Positions 15,451-24,972 of a stretch of 26,637 nucleotides of DNA are shown one piece after another. The notes below the pieces were generated by a model. That model was not told the origin of the DNA, searched no databases, and saw only the letters and a program-made list of their open reading frames with translations. The stretch lies in contig JBBSOD010000001.1 in the NCBI GenBank assembly GCA_038260125.1, forward strand, positions 1 through 26,637, written 5' to 3'. Numbering within the stretch: the first letter of the stretch is position 1; each line of letters starts with the position of its first letter. Source of the stretch: Chthoniobacterales bacterium (GTDB taxonomy: Bacteria; Verrucomicrobiota; Verrucomicrobiia; Chthoniobacterales; Chthoniobacteraceae). A program made the position numbers and the translations under genes.

Positions 15451-16916
15451 TGGGCCACCTCCGCAGGTTGAGGGACGATCAGCGTGGGAGCGCCGCCCGG
15501 TCGCCCGAGCCGGGCGAGCATCATGAGAAAATGCAGGCCGAAGACGGTTTGCCCGAAGAAGAGCAGCACCTGCGCGATGGTGCTGCCGGCCAGAAACGGC
15601 AACGTGCTTTCATAAACCTGCTCGAATGAATTACCCGGATCCATCATGGCCGCCCCCTGCATGAGCCCGCCCACCAGGAGCATGAGGAGGAGGAGCCCGA
15701 TGCCGTAGGCCGCGCCCCAGAAGTGCAGTTTGATCAGCCAGGCCGAGCGCCACTCCACGCCCACCAGCCGCGGCACGATGTAGTAGATGCAGCCAAACAT
15801 GACCATGCTGAAAAAGGCGTAAAGATCCAACTGGATCAAGCCGCGCGCGCCCATCGTCAGGTGCATGAAGTGACCGGCCGAGCGCAGCGAGAAGATAATG
15901 TTCAGGCAGCCCGCCAGCGTGTAGGCCATGGCCCCGATGACCACGAACCGCAGCGTCGGGCTGAAGTGCATCATCGTGATGTTCTGGCGCAGCGTGAAAT
16001 GATGATTTACCGCCACCGTGGCGATGGGAATGATGGTCAGGACCGAAGCCACGATGCTCGCCGTGATGACCCATGAAGGCAGCGGTCCGCCCAGGAAGGC
16101 GGGCAGTCCCCGGAAGCTGTAGAAAAGGACGAAAGTCCAGAAGCCGAACGTGGCCAGGTGATAGCTGAAAATGGGCAGCCCGGTTACTTTCGGGATCATA
16201 TAGTAGGCCGCCGCCAGCCCGATGGCGGTGAGCCAGAGCCCGAAGAGATTGCCCGCGAACCAGAAGACGATCGCGCTCTGCACTGCGCCCTCGACCGGCA
16301 GCACATGCAGCATCAGATTTCCAATGGCATAGATCCAGGGGAAGGCGAAAAACGCGCAGATCAGATACCACTGCGACACGAAGACGTGCCCGCTGCGCCG
16401 GAAGCGGTAAAGGACCACGCCCCAGATGCCGATGGCGGAGTAGCCGAGAAAGATCAGCACCGCCGCGTAGCCCGGAAACTCGAGATAGGGGAACGGTCCG
16501 CCCGCGCCGGCCAGAATGGCGATCGTGCCGACGATCAAACCGAGATTCCAGAGCGCCGCGCCGAAGGTAATGAAGAGCGGGTAGCGCAGTTCGACCCGGC
16601 AGAGACGGGCCATGATCCAGATGGCCGTGCCCACGCCGGCCAGCGAGGCCCAGCCGTAGAACATGAGGTTGTTCTGCACCGGGACGAGGCGGCCGAAGTT
16701 CAGCGCGGCGCAGAAGGAAAGGAAACCCGGATAGTGCAGCTTGATGCTGGTGATGAGGCTGATCAGGCTGGCCAGGAAGAGCCAGAAAAGAGCCGAGGCA
16801 TAAAACAGCAGCACGGGAAACCGGGTCGAGGTATCGATCGCGGCGCGCTCGCGCGCTTCCCGCGACGGCCCGGCGGTCTGGGTCACTGGCATTTCCTCTA
16901 AAGTGGCGGCGGTCAT
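15447..16916 (-). CDS. CcoN-like (cbb3 subunit I fold) membrane protein lacking all heme/Cu histidines
   Basis: FGRL, YLEFP, VSQWY, YYMIPK..G.PIFSYHL..FGFW, YYIVPRL and HFW motifs of CcoN are present, with ligand positions substituted. Paired with the ccoO-like gene by an ATGA overlap. Confidence 0.85.
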   Translation of the reverse strand: MTAATLEEMPVTQTAGPSREARERAAIDTSTRFPVLLFYASALFWLFLASLISLITSIKLHYPGFLSFCAALNFGRLVPVQNNLMFYGWASLAGVGTAIWIMARLCRVELRYPLFITFGAALWNLGLIVGTIAILAGAGGPFPYLEFPGYAAVLIFLGYSAIGIWGVVLYRFRRSGHVFVSQWYLICAFFAFPWIYAIGNLMLHVLPVEGAVQSAIVFWFAGNLFGLWLTAIGLAAAYYMIPKVTGLPIFSYHLATFGFWTFVLFYSFRGLPAFLGGPLPSWVITASIVASVLTIIPIATVAVNHHFTLRQNITMMHFSPTLRFVVIGAMAYTLAGCLNIIFSLRSAGHFMHLTMGARGLIQLDLYAFFSMVMFGCIYYIVPRLVGVEWRSAWLIKLHFWGAAYGIGLLLLMLLVGGLMQGAAMMDPGNSFEQVYESTLPFLAGSTIAQVLLFFGQTVFGLHFLMMLARLGRPGGAPTLIVPQPAEVAH

Positions 16917-16942
16917 CTCAAAAAACGAAAAGTCACTGATTT

Positions 16943-17578
16943 TTACGTGGCCGGAGCGGGCGCGGGGGGTGAAGGCGAAGCGGCGGGGCTGGCGGCGGGA
17001 GAAGGATCAGGAGCCGCGTTCAGAGTGGCAGCGGCAGGTTCGGGAGCGGCGGCTTCGGCGGCGGGCGGGGCAGCTGGCGTGGGCGAAGATGCAGGAGCGG
17101 CGATCGGAGCCGGAGCCGGAGTTACAGATGTGGAACTCGCGCCCTGAGCGGGAGCAGGCGCGGCATTTTCAGCCGGAGCCCCAGCCGGAGCTGGAGAAGC
17201 CGCGGGAGCCGCGCCGTCCGCGGGAGTCGCCGCCGAGTCGCCCGCTGCGGGTGCGGGCGGAACAACCGGCACCTCGCTGGGGCCGACTTTCCGCTGCTGG
17301 AGATCATGCAACGTCAGTTCCATCGCACGGTGGACCGGGAGGCGGACCGTGCTTTGCGCCTTGTCGATCCAAGCGTAGTTTTCGAGCTGTTCCTGCTCTT
17401 CCTTAACCAGCTTCTCGTGATTTTCACGCCGCTCACTGGCCCGAGTCCGATCGTATTCCTTGACCTCTTCACCGAAGAAATGAACGCCGACCATCGCCAC
17501 CAGGCCCAGAAAGCAGAAGGCGAGCAACGCCCACAGAAAGGTGGGCCAGACCGATTTATCGCGGAAGTCGTCGGCCAT
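16943..17578 (-). CDS. actG: ACIII subunit ActG-like with ~110-aa Pro/Ala tail
   Basis: One TM helix, then YAWIDKAQSTVRLPVHRAMEL. ATG 17578 lies 2 nt after the actF stop; the track start at 17902 overlaps actF. Confidence 0.75.
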   Translation of the reverse strand: MADDFRDKSVWPTFLWALLAFCFLGLVAMVGVHFFGEEVKEYDRTRASERRENHEKLVKEEQEQLENYAWIDKAQSTVRLPVHRAMELTLHDLQQRKVGPSEVPVVPPAPAAGDSAATPADGAAPAASPAPAGAPAENAAPAPAQGASSTSVTPAPAPIAAPASSPTPAAPPAAEAAAPEPAAATLNAAPDPSPAASPAASPSPPAPAPAT

Positions 17579-17580
17579 CG

Positions 17581-18777
17581 TCAGTTGGAAAGGTTCACCG
17601 AGCGGACCAGATGCGGATCGCGCAGCGGATAGAGAGGCTGGCCGAGCATCAGTTTTAGAAAGACGAATCCTAGAATACCCCCGAGCGCGAGCACGGTGAA
17701 GATATCGAGGAAATGAGGAGCAAAGCCGAACTGATGCAGCATCGGCATGACAATAATATAGATGTCCAGCATCTGCATGAGGATCAGCCAGCTCGCGATC
17801 CCGCAGATAACGGCCGTTTTTTTCTTGAACTTCTGCAAGAGCCGCAGCGGGAAAGGAGTGAAAAAGCGACCGATGACCAGAATGAGGCTGAGGATATTCC
17901 ACGACCCAATGTTACGCCGCAAAAAGTAGGAGGTTTCCTCGGGAATGTTGGCATACCAGATGAGCATGTACTGGCTGAACCCGATGTAGGCCCAGAAGAT
18001 GCAGAAGGCCAGCATCAGCTTACCCATAATGTGATAATGCTCTTCGGTCACATCCTGCAGGTAGCCCCCCGCTTTCAGACCGCTAACAATCAGGACCAGC
18101 AAACACATGGCGCTCCCCGCCGAGCCGGCGAAAATATAGACACCCCACATGGTGGAGAACCAGTGGTGATCGAGTCCCATCAGCCAGTCGATGGCCGCGA
18201 AAGTCAACGACACCGCGAGGATGGGTATGCCGACGAACGAGAGCCGCCGCAGGTGGATGGTGCGGCGCGGATGGCCGTCGGAATCCTGCCGGACAGATAG
18301 GAGCCGGGCAAGAAAAGCGACAGCGAAGAGCAGGACGAAATAGGCAACCGCGCGGATGAGAAAGAACGGGATGTTGAGATAACCCTCTTTTTTATCGAGC
18401 AGCGAATCGATGCCCGGCGCGAGGCCCCACCACTTGAAAAGAAGGGGCGCGCAGAGCAGCATCGGGATCACGAGAATGGCGAGCACGCCGATAAGCACGG
18501 CCACATTTTCCAACTGCCGCCGCACCAGCACCGACCACTCGGCATCGGTGGCATGATGCACCAGGATCCAGAAAAGCGAGCCGACGCACATGGTGAAGAA
18601 CACCATGAACGCAAACAGATAGGAGAAGGCGAACTGCACCGGATTAAACAGACCGCAGAGGACGGTGCCTAGAATCCCGACCACCGCGGCGGCCAGAAAG
18701 ACGGTCGGCAGAATACCGAGATGCTTTCGGTCGAAGCGCTCGGGCATCGGCGCGCGGGAATGTGCGTGGCTGTCCAT
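17581..18777 (-). CDS. actF: ACIII subunit ActF
   Basis: FAFSYL..., HHATDAEWSVLVRR, DWLMGLDHHWFSTMWG, FWAYIGFSQYMLIWYANIPEET; ~10 TM helices. Confidence 0.92.
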   Translation of the reverse strand: MDSHAHSRAPMPERFDRKHLGILPTVFLAAAVVGILGTVLCGLFNPVQFAFSYLFAFMVFFTMCVGSLFWILVHHATDAEWSVLVRRQLENVAVLIGVLAILVIPMLLCAPLLFKWWGLAPGIDSLLDKKEGYLNIPFFLIRAVAYFVLLFAVAFLARLLSVRQDSDGHPRRTIHLRRLSFVGIPILAVSLTFAAIDWLMGLDHHWFSTMWGVYIFAGSAGSAMCLLVLIVSGLKAGGYLQDVTEEHYHIMGKLMLAFCIFWAYIGFSQYMLIWYANIPEETSYFLRRNIGSWNILSLILVIGRFFTPFPLRLLQKFKKKTAVICGIASWLILMQMLDIYIIVMPMLHQFGFAPHFLDIFTVLALGGILGFVFLKLMLGQPLYPLRDPHLVRSVNLSN

Positions 18778-19499
18778 TATTGCGGGCCTCCCTCGGCAGG
18801 TGCGGCGGGTTCAGGCGCGGGTTGGTCGAGCCGGGCGAGTTCGTGAGCGGGCACATCTTCCGCGGTCGCATTCACTCCGCGCTGCAAAGCGCGCAGGTAG
18901 GCGATGATGGCCCAGCGGTCGGGCACGGTGATATTTCCACCGTAGGAGCCCATGTTGCCTTTGCCGTGCGTGATCGTGTCGAAAATCTGTCCGTCCGGCA
19001 GCGCGCTGACCCGGGCGTCGATAATCGGGACGATGGTGGCGAGGCCGTATTGTTTAATGATGCCGTTGCCTGCGCCGGTCTGGCCGTGGCAGATGGCGCA
19101 ATTGATATTGAACCGCTCCCGGCCGCGCTCCATCACCTGCATATTCAAATCGAGCGGAATGCCATTGCCCCAGTTTTCGCCAATCTTCCCGGTGTCTGTA
19201 TAGTCCAGCCCGTTGCTGAACCCGGCCGGCTTTACCGTCACGCGGCTGTTGCTCGCGGAGGTGGTAAATGCGACGCCCGGATTGGCGTAGCCGCGCGGCA
19301 CGGTGCCCGCGACCGGTTCCCGCTGAACCTTGCCGTCGGCGAAGAAATCGCTCTCGTGCTGCGGACGGTATTTCGGCTGATCGTCCATATCCGGCAGAAT
19401 CTCGATAGGCGGACGCGTGCTGTGTGTGCCGCGGAAACCCGCGATGGCCAGCACGGCGATCACACCGATAAAGAAGAGGGCGAAGAAGTAGCGCAGCAT
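18777..19499 (-). CDS. actE: ACIII subunit ActE, monoheme cytochrome c
   Basis: DMDDQPKYRPQ..SDFFADG, GTVPRG, CAICHG, HGKGNM and DRWAIIAYLRALQ. Confidence 0.92.
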   Translation of the reverse strand: MLRYFFALFFIGVIAVLAIAGFRGTHSTRPPIEILPDMDDQPKYRPQHESDFFADGKVQREPVAGTVPRGYANPGVAFTTSASNSRVTVKPAGFSNGLDYTDTGKIGENWGNGIPLDLNMQVMERGRERFNINCAICHGQTGAGNGIIKQYGLATIVPIIDARVSALPDGQIFDTITHGKGNMGSYGGNITVPDRWAIIAYLRALQRGVNATAEDVPAHELARLDQPAPEPAAPAEGGPQ

Positions 19500-19501
19500 C
19501 T

Positions 19502-20050
19502 CTATTCCTCGACCAGGGTGACGTATTTTCCGCCGATCTTCTCGAGGAAGTCGCGGGTGCGGGTTTCGGCAAATTTAGGATCGCGCGACTCGATCACGAG
19601 GAAAAATCCATCGTCGGTCACGCGGGAAAAGCGATCCCAGTTAAACATGGGGTGATACCATTTCGGCAACTGATTGAAGACCAGCATCGCGAAGAACGCG
19701 GTAAAGGCGGAAAACAGAATGGTCAGCTCGAACATGATCGGCATGAAGGCCGGCACGGTGAAGAAGTCGGTCGGCTTGGCGTTGACCACCGTCTTGTATT
19801 CGATCAGAGCCGGATACATAGTCAGCGCCGTCGCGGTGAGCAGACCCGCGATGCCGCCAGCGAGAACCGGCGCGCTGAGCCAGGATTTTCCGAGGCCCAT
19901 CGCCTTATCCATCCCGTGGATCGGGAAGGGCGAATGGACATCCCAGCGCTTGAAACCTTCGTCGCGCACCTGTTCAGCCGCCTCGAAGAGCGCCTTCGCG
20001 GTCGAGAACTCCGCCGCCACTCCGTAGATTCGTTTAGGTTCGGCGATCAT
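19502..20050 (-). CDS. actD: ACIII subunit ActD (DUF3341)
   Basis: AEF...DVHSPFPIHGMD, PAFMPIMFELTILF and DDGFFLVIE. ATG 20050 is coupled to the actC stop. Confidence 0.92.
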   Translation of the reverse strand: MIAEPKRIYGVAAEFSTAKALFEAAEQVRDEGFKRWDVHSPFPIHGMDKAMGLGKSWLSAPVLAGGIAGLLTATALTMYPALIEYKTVVNAKPTDFFTVPAFMPIMFELTILFSAFTAFFAMLVFNQLPKWYHPMFNWDRFSRVTDDGFFLVIESRDPKFAETRTRDFLEKIGGKYVTLVEE

Positions 20051-21495
20051 TATTCGGTCACCTCCGTGGAATGAGCGTCCATCCCGATCTGCGCGTCTTC
20101 GACATGGTGATGCGGATCGGCCTCGGGGCTGACCAGTTTCACCTCGGACATGGCGATCATGGGCAGGAAGCGGATGAAGAGCAGGAAGAGGGAAAGGAAA
20201 ATACCGAACGTGCCGATGAAGGTCCAGATCTCCACCCACGACGGGTGATACATGTGCCAGGCGCTGGGCAGGAAGTCCTGCACGATGGAAGTCACGATGA
20301 TGACGAAGCGCTCGAACCACATGCCCGCGTTGACAAACATGCAGACGATGAAAACCACAATCAGATTTCTCCGCATGCTGGGGAACCAGAAGATCTGCGG
20401 CGAAATTACATTGCACGTCATCATGCAGATGTAGGCCCAGACGTAGGGACCGCCCACGATGCGGTTCCAGAAGGCGGCGCGCTCGAAGGGGTTCGCGCCA
20501 TACCAGGCGATGAACAGCTCCATCAGGTAGGCGTAGCCCACGATCGAGCCGGTCAGCAGGATGATCTTGCACATCTTATCAACGTGCGCGGGCGTGATGA
20601 GATCCTTCAACGCGGGGTAAATGAGCCGCGCGGGCAGCATGATCGTCAGCACCATGGCGAAGCCGCCGAAGATGGCGCCAGCGACAAAATACGGCGGGAA
20701 AATAGTGGTGTGCCAGCCTGGGACAATCGAGGTCGCGAAGTCGAACGACACGACGGAATGCACCGAAAGCACCAGCGGCGTAGAGAGACCCGCCAGCAGC
20801 AGATAGGCCATTTCATAGTGCCGCCACTGCCGGTTCGAGCCGCGCCAGCCCAGCGCGAAGATGCCGTAGATGACCTTCTTAATCTTGCTGGTGGTGCGGT
20901 CGCGCAGGGTGCCAAGATCGGGCACCAGCCCGGTGTACCAGAAGAGCACCGACACCGAAAAATAAGTCGAGACCGCAAAGACATCCCAGAGCAGCGGGCT
21001 GCGGAAGTTCGGCCAGATGGCGTTGGCGTTTGGCACTGGTGCCAGGAACCACGCCATCCAGACGCGGCCAACGTGGATGCCGGGGAAAATACCGGCGCAG
21101 ATCACCGCAAAGAGCGTCATCGCTTCCGCCGCGCGGTTGATCGAGGTGCGCCATTTCTGGCGAGTCAGAAAGAGAATGGCCGAGATCAGCGTCCCGGCGT
21201 GGCCGATGCCGATCCAGAACACGAAGTTGGTGATGTCCCAGGCCCAGCCGACGGGGTGATTTTCTCCCCACACGCCGACACCGGTCGAAATCTGGTAGCC
21301 GATGCAGAACAGCCCGATCATGGCGATGGTCGAGCAGATCAGAAACGACACCCACCACCACAGTTTCGTCGGGCCTTCCACGATCCCGGCCACGTTTTCC
21401 GTGACCCAGTTCAGACTGCGGTTGTTGGTGATGAGCGGCGGACGCTGGACCGCCGCGATCTCTTTCGCCGTGGGTGGCGGCAAGGTGCGAGCCAT
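20050..21495 (-). CDS. actC: ACIII quinol-binding subunit ActC (NrfD/PsrC family)
   Basis: [57 protein letters not shown] and [16 protein letters not shown]. Confidence 0.96.
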   Translation of the reverse strand: MARTLPPPTAKEIAAVQRPPLITNNRSLNWVTENVAGIVEGPTKLWWWVSFLICSTIAMIGLFCIGYQISTGVGVWGENHPVGWAWDITNFVFWIGIGHAGTLISAILFLTRQKWRTSINRAAEAMTLFAVICAGIFPGIHVGRVWMAWFLAPVPNANAIWPNFRSPLLWDVFAVSTYFSVSVLFWYTGLVPDLGTLRDRTTSKIKKVIYGIFALGWRGSNRQWRHYEMAYLLLAGLSTPLVLSVHSVVSFDFATSIVPGWHTTIFPPYFVAGAIFGGFAMVLTIMLPARLIYPALKDLITPAHVDKMCKIILLTGSIVGYAYLMELFIAWYGANPFERAAFWNRIVGGPYVWAYICMMTCNVISPQIFWFPSMRRNLIVVFIVCMFVNAGMWFERFVIIVTSIVQDFLPSAWHMYHPSWVEIWTFIGTFGIFLSLFLLFIRFLPMIAMSEVKLVSPEADPHHHVEDAQIGMDAHSTEVTE

Positions 21496-21519
21496 TAGCG
21501 TGAACCCTCCGTATGCAAC

Positions 21520-21710
21520 CGTGGCATCGGCATCCTGCCGATGATTCTGGTCTGACTTTCAGTGCAGCCGTGGCAGCTAGATAAAAATGTCCGATACATC
21601 ACGCGCTGACCTCCGTGAAGTTAGTGGCTGGATGATTGGCTGGAAGCCAACGCCACGGGGGACAGGGAAAACTCCGCGGCAGGCGTGGCGTCGGCATCCT
21701 GCCGATCATC
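21520..21710. repeat. Cluster of three GTGG-type REP-like units between actB and actC
   Basis: Units at ~21520-21545 (+), 21631-21657 (-) and 21684-21710 (+). The last two form an inverted pair. Loops are ATCCT or TTCCA. Confidence 0.85.
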
Positions 21711-21765
21711 CACTTCTGACATTCAGAGCAAGCGTTCATTCTGCGGGAAAAGTGTGTCGAAATGC

Positions 21766-24700
21766 TCACGCGCCCACCTCCACTGCGGGCTGCGAAATGG
21801 GCTCGTTCGGCCCATGATGACTCTCCGGACTGCCGTGCTCCTCTTCCATATAGGCCGCTGGTTCGTGCGCGCCGGGCATGGCCGGGTTGAGGTTGCGGAT
21901 CCGGGCCAGATAACTCACCCGCGCTTTCACATTCAGATAATCGAGCAGCCGGTAATTGCGCGCGTCTCCCTTTAGTTTCGACACCTTGCTGTCGAGATTC
22001 ATCAGGTCGCCGAAGACGATCGCCTCCGACGGACACGCCTGCTGACACGCCACTTGGAAAACATCCACCGGAATTCTGATGTCGGGCGAGGACCCCGCCC
22101 GCACCTTTGCCGTGATCTTCGCCTCCTCGATCCGCTGCAGACAGAACGTGCATTTTTCCATCACGCCGCGCATCCGCACGGTCACGTTCGGATTTTTCTG
22201 CATCTTCACCGTGTCGGGCGAACCCTTCTCGGTCAGCGGTCCGAAATAGAGACCCTGCGCCTTGATCGGCCCCATCTGCATCTGCTCGATGGGCCGGGAA
22301 TTGTAGTCGAAGAAATTAAAACGCCGCACTTTGAACGGGCAGTTGTTCGCGCAATACCGCGTGCCGATGCAGCGGTTGTAGGCCATCACGTTCAGCCCCT
22401 CGTTGTTGTGCACGGTCGCGTTTACGGGGCAGACCGTCTCGCACGGCGCGTTCTCGCAGTGCTGACACATCATCGGCTGCGAAATCATTTCCGGGTCGTC
22501 TTCGTGGCCCTCGCGCGTTGCGTAGTAACGGTCCAGACGGATCCAGTGCATCTCGCGCCCGCCCATCACCTGAGTCTTGCCCACGACCGGGATGTTGTTT
22601 TCCGCCTGACACGCCACCACGCAGGCGTTGCAGCCGGTGCAGGTGTTCAGATCGACCGTCATGCCCCACTGCTCCGCGCCGTCGAGCGGCGGGTTGGTGT
22701 AAAGCGATTCCATCCCGGCGTCGGGATTTTCCGCGTCCATCCACATTTTCTGCGCGAACTCAGGATGCTCGTCGTATTTTGCCTTCGAGCCTTCGCGGAT
22801 TAACGCCCGGCCTTCCATGCTCCAGTGGTCCTGAGTCACGCCGAGCGGATAAGAGCCGCCGGTCTTCGTGATTTTCGCGCCGGTTAGAATGTAGGGCGAG
22901 TCGCTCAACAGCAGCGGAAATGCGTCCACGCCGCTGCCCGAAGCCACGCTGCCGATCATCCGGCGGCCGTAGCCGAGCGTCACCGTGATGGAATGATCCG
23001 CGTGTCCCGGCGAAATCAGCACGGGCATCTCGATCGACCGGCCGGCCACTTCGATCCTGATAATGTCGCCCGCCGTCGCCCCGCCCAGCACCCCGTTAGG
23101 CGCCTCGATTTCATAGCGGTCCGCCATCGCCTGATTCATCAGCGCGACGTTATCCCACGTCATCTTCGTGACGGGATCCGGCGTCTCCTGCAGCCAGCTC
23201 ACGTTGGCCCAGCTTCCGTAGCCCAGCTTGTAATCCGGCACCAGCACCACCTCCACCGCGTCCGCCGAAGCGGGCCGCAGTGGCTTTCGGTTGCCCGCAC
23301 CTTCGTCCCGTCCGCCGCTTAGCGAGAGCGCGCGCGGGGCTCCGGCGCTGTCTTTTTGAAAACCCGTCCGCAACAGCTCGTTCCACGCTTCGTCGAACGC
23401 CGCGCCGCTCGCGCCGGAGCGCTCCTGGAAAGTTTCCTGCACCCGCGCCGGACCGTGCGGATGCCCGTCGCCCGCCAGCATAGAGAGCAAATCGTTTTCC
23501 GACCAGCCGTCGTAGAGCGGCAGGATCATCGGCTGCATTGCGAGGTAGCTGCCGTCCGCCGCCAGCCCGTCGCCCCAGCTTTCCAGATAATGCGCAGCCG
23601 GCACATGCCAGCGGCTGACCGACGTGGTTTCGTCGTAGTTCAGCCCCAGCCGGATCGTTTCGGGCACGGCTTCCTGCAACTTCACCCAGCCCAGATCGGC
23701 GGGCGCATTGTAGGCGGGATTTCCTCCGAGAATGAAAAGCGTTTTGACCTGCTTGACTCCCATCTGCCACGCCAGATCGGTGATCGTCGCCGCCGGTTCC
23801 ACGTCCGACTGCTGGCCTTCCAGCGTCTGACCCAGCCCGCCGAGCGCCTGATTGATGGCCAACGCCGCCCGCTGCACCGCCGCCGGCTGCCGCGGACCCA
23901 CCGCCACCAGCGCCCGACCGCCCGCCGCCTTCAGATCCTTGGCCGCCTCGCGAATCCAGCCCTCGGGAAAAGTCACCCCCGCGGCCGCTTCCAGCCCGCC
24001 CGCCGACGCGCCCAGTTCCGCCGCCAGTTGCCGCGTAAACTCGCCCACATGACTGGCCGGGAGCCGCAGCCGGTGATCCGCCATGCCGCCGGTGATCGTA
24101 TAATGATTCTCCACCGCGTAGAGGCGGTTCATTTTGCCGCCGCCGTCCTGCTTCACCCCGCGCCGCCGCGCAAAATCGCGCTGATACCGCCCGCTCGCGT
24201 CCTCCGTGCCCAGCAGATCGCAATCCAGCGTCAGAATCACATCCGCATTCGCCACATTATAACTCTCTTGGACGCCCGGACCGAAGGCCGCACCCGCACC
24301 TGACAGCCCGCCCGGCTCATAGACCGCCCACATCGCCTGCGGAAACCGCTGCAGCACTTTTTTCCGCAGCCGCTCGCGCGTCGGCGAATTGCTTTCCTCC
24401 AGCAGCAGCGCCATTCCCGCGCCGCCGTCGCCTTCATGCCGGGCCAGCAGCTTCTCCAGATGCTTTTCGAAAATTTCCGCCTGCACCTGCTCCTTGTCGC
24501 GGATGAAATTTTTCGCGCGATCCGGATCGTAGAGCGCCAGCACCGAGGCCTGAACCTGCATGTCCGAACCGCCGTTGCTGGCCGGATGCTCCGGATTTGC
24601 ATCCACCTTGATCGGACGCCCGTCCACTGTCGTCACGATCAGCGGGATCGCCCCGCCCGCCCGCGGCATCGAGCTCGCGTAGAAAAGATTTTTGCCCGGA

Positions 24701-24972
24701 ATCGTCCACTCCGAGCTCTTGACGAACGGCAGCAGCTTGTGCTCGGGGCGGCGGCAGGCGGCCAGACCGAGCCCCGCCAGCGCCGTCGAAGCGCCCATCA
24801 GTTTCAGGAAACTCCGGCGCGTCACTCCGTCCATCTCCAGCTCGGCGGCTCCGGCCGGGAACTCGCGGGCCAGCGCCTCGCGGAAGTCAGGCGTGTCCGC
24901 CAGCTCAGCCGGGCTCTGCCAGTAACGGCGCTCGGACTTCGGGGCGGGCGGGTGGTGGAAAATTCGTTTCAT
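21766..24972 (-). CDS. actB: ACIII subunit ActB (molybdopterin-oxidoreductase-like domain plus Fe-S domain)
   Basis: YWQSPAEL N-terminus, Tat motif TRRSFLK followed by LAAC, and four Cys clusters (CTGCNACVVAC, CQHCENAPCETVC, CIGTRYCANNC, CTFC...CQQAC). Confidence 0.96.
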   Translation of the reverse strand: MKRIFHHPPAPKSERRYWQSPAELADTPDFREALAREFPAGAAELEMDGVTRRSFLKLMGASTALAGLGLAACRRPEHKLLPFVKSSEWTIPGKNLFYASSMPRAGGAIPLIVTTVDGRPIKVDANPEHPASNGGSDMQVQASVLALYDPDRAKNFIRDKEQVQAEIFEKHLEKLLARHEGDGGAGMALLLEESNSPTRERLRKKVLQRFPQAMWAVYEPGGLSGAGAAFGPGVQESYNVANADVILTLDCDLLGTEDASGRYQRDFARRRGVKQDGGGKMNRLYAVENHYTITGGMADHRLRLPASHVGEFTRQLAAELGASAGGLEAAAGVTFPEGWIREAAKDLKAAGGRALVAVGPRQPAAVQRAALAINQALGGLGQTLEGQQSDVEPAATITDLAWQMGVKQVKTLFILGGNPAYNAPADLGWVKLQEAVPETIRLGLNYDETTSVSRWHVPAAHYLESWGDGLAADGSYLAMQPMILPLYDGWSENDLLSMLAGDGHPHGPARVQETFQERSGASGAAFDEAWNELLRTGFQKDSAGAPRALSLSGGRDEGAGNRKPLRPASADAVEVVLVPDYKLGYGSWANVSWLQETPDPVTKMTWDNVALMNQAMADRYEIEAPNGVLGGATAGDIIRIEVAGRSIEMPVLISPGHADHSITVTLGYGRRMIGSVASGSGVDAFPLLLSDSPYILTGAKITKTGGSYPLGVTQDHWSMEGRALIREGSKAKYDEHPEFAQKMWMDAENPDAGMESLYTNPPLDGAEQWGMTVDLNTCTGCNACVVACQAENNIPVVGKTQVMGGREMHWIRLDRYYATREGHEDDPEMISQPMMCQHCENAPCETVCPVNATVHNNEGLNVMAYNRCIGTRYCANNCPFKVRRFNFFDYNSRPIEQMQMGPIKAQGLYFGPLTEKGSPDTVKMQKNPNVTVRMRGVMEKCTFCLQRIEEAKITAKVRAGSSPDIRIPVDVFQVACQQACPSEAIVFGDLMNLDSKVSKLKGDARNYRLLDYLNVKARVSYLARIRNLNPAMPGAHEPAAYMEEEHGSPESHHGPNEPISQPAVEVGA

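Noticed and set aside
15447-16916. CcoN-like protein as a nitric oxide reductase or active cbb3 oxidase
   Set aside because: Both require the conserved His ligands, which are absent.
17579-17902. Extended start of the ActG ORF, and ORF-track starts at 20572, 8271, 6419 and 5943
   Set aside because: These extensions overlap neighbouring real genes; coupled downstream starts fit the family N-termini better.
6364-21498. Long + strand ORFs (6364..8226, 10592..11998, 12251..13180, 20071..21498 and others)
   Set aside because: Antisense shadows of well-supported minus-strand genes in GC-rich DNA; no recognisable motifs.
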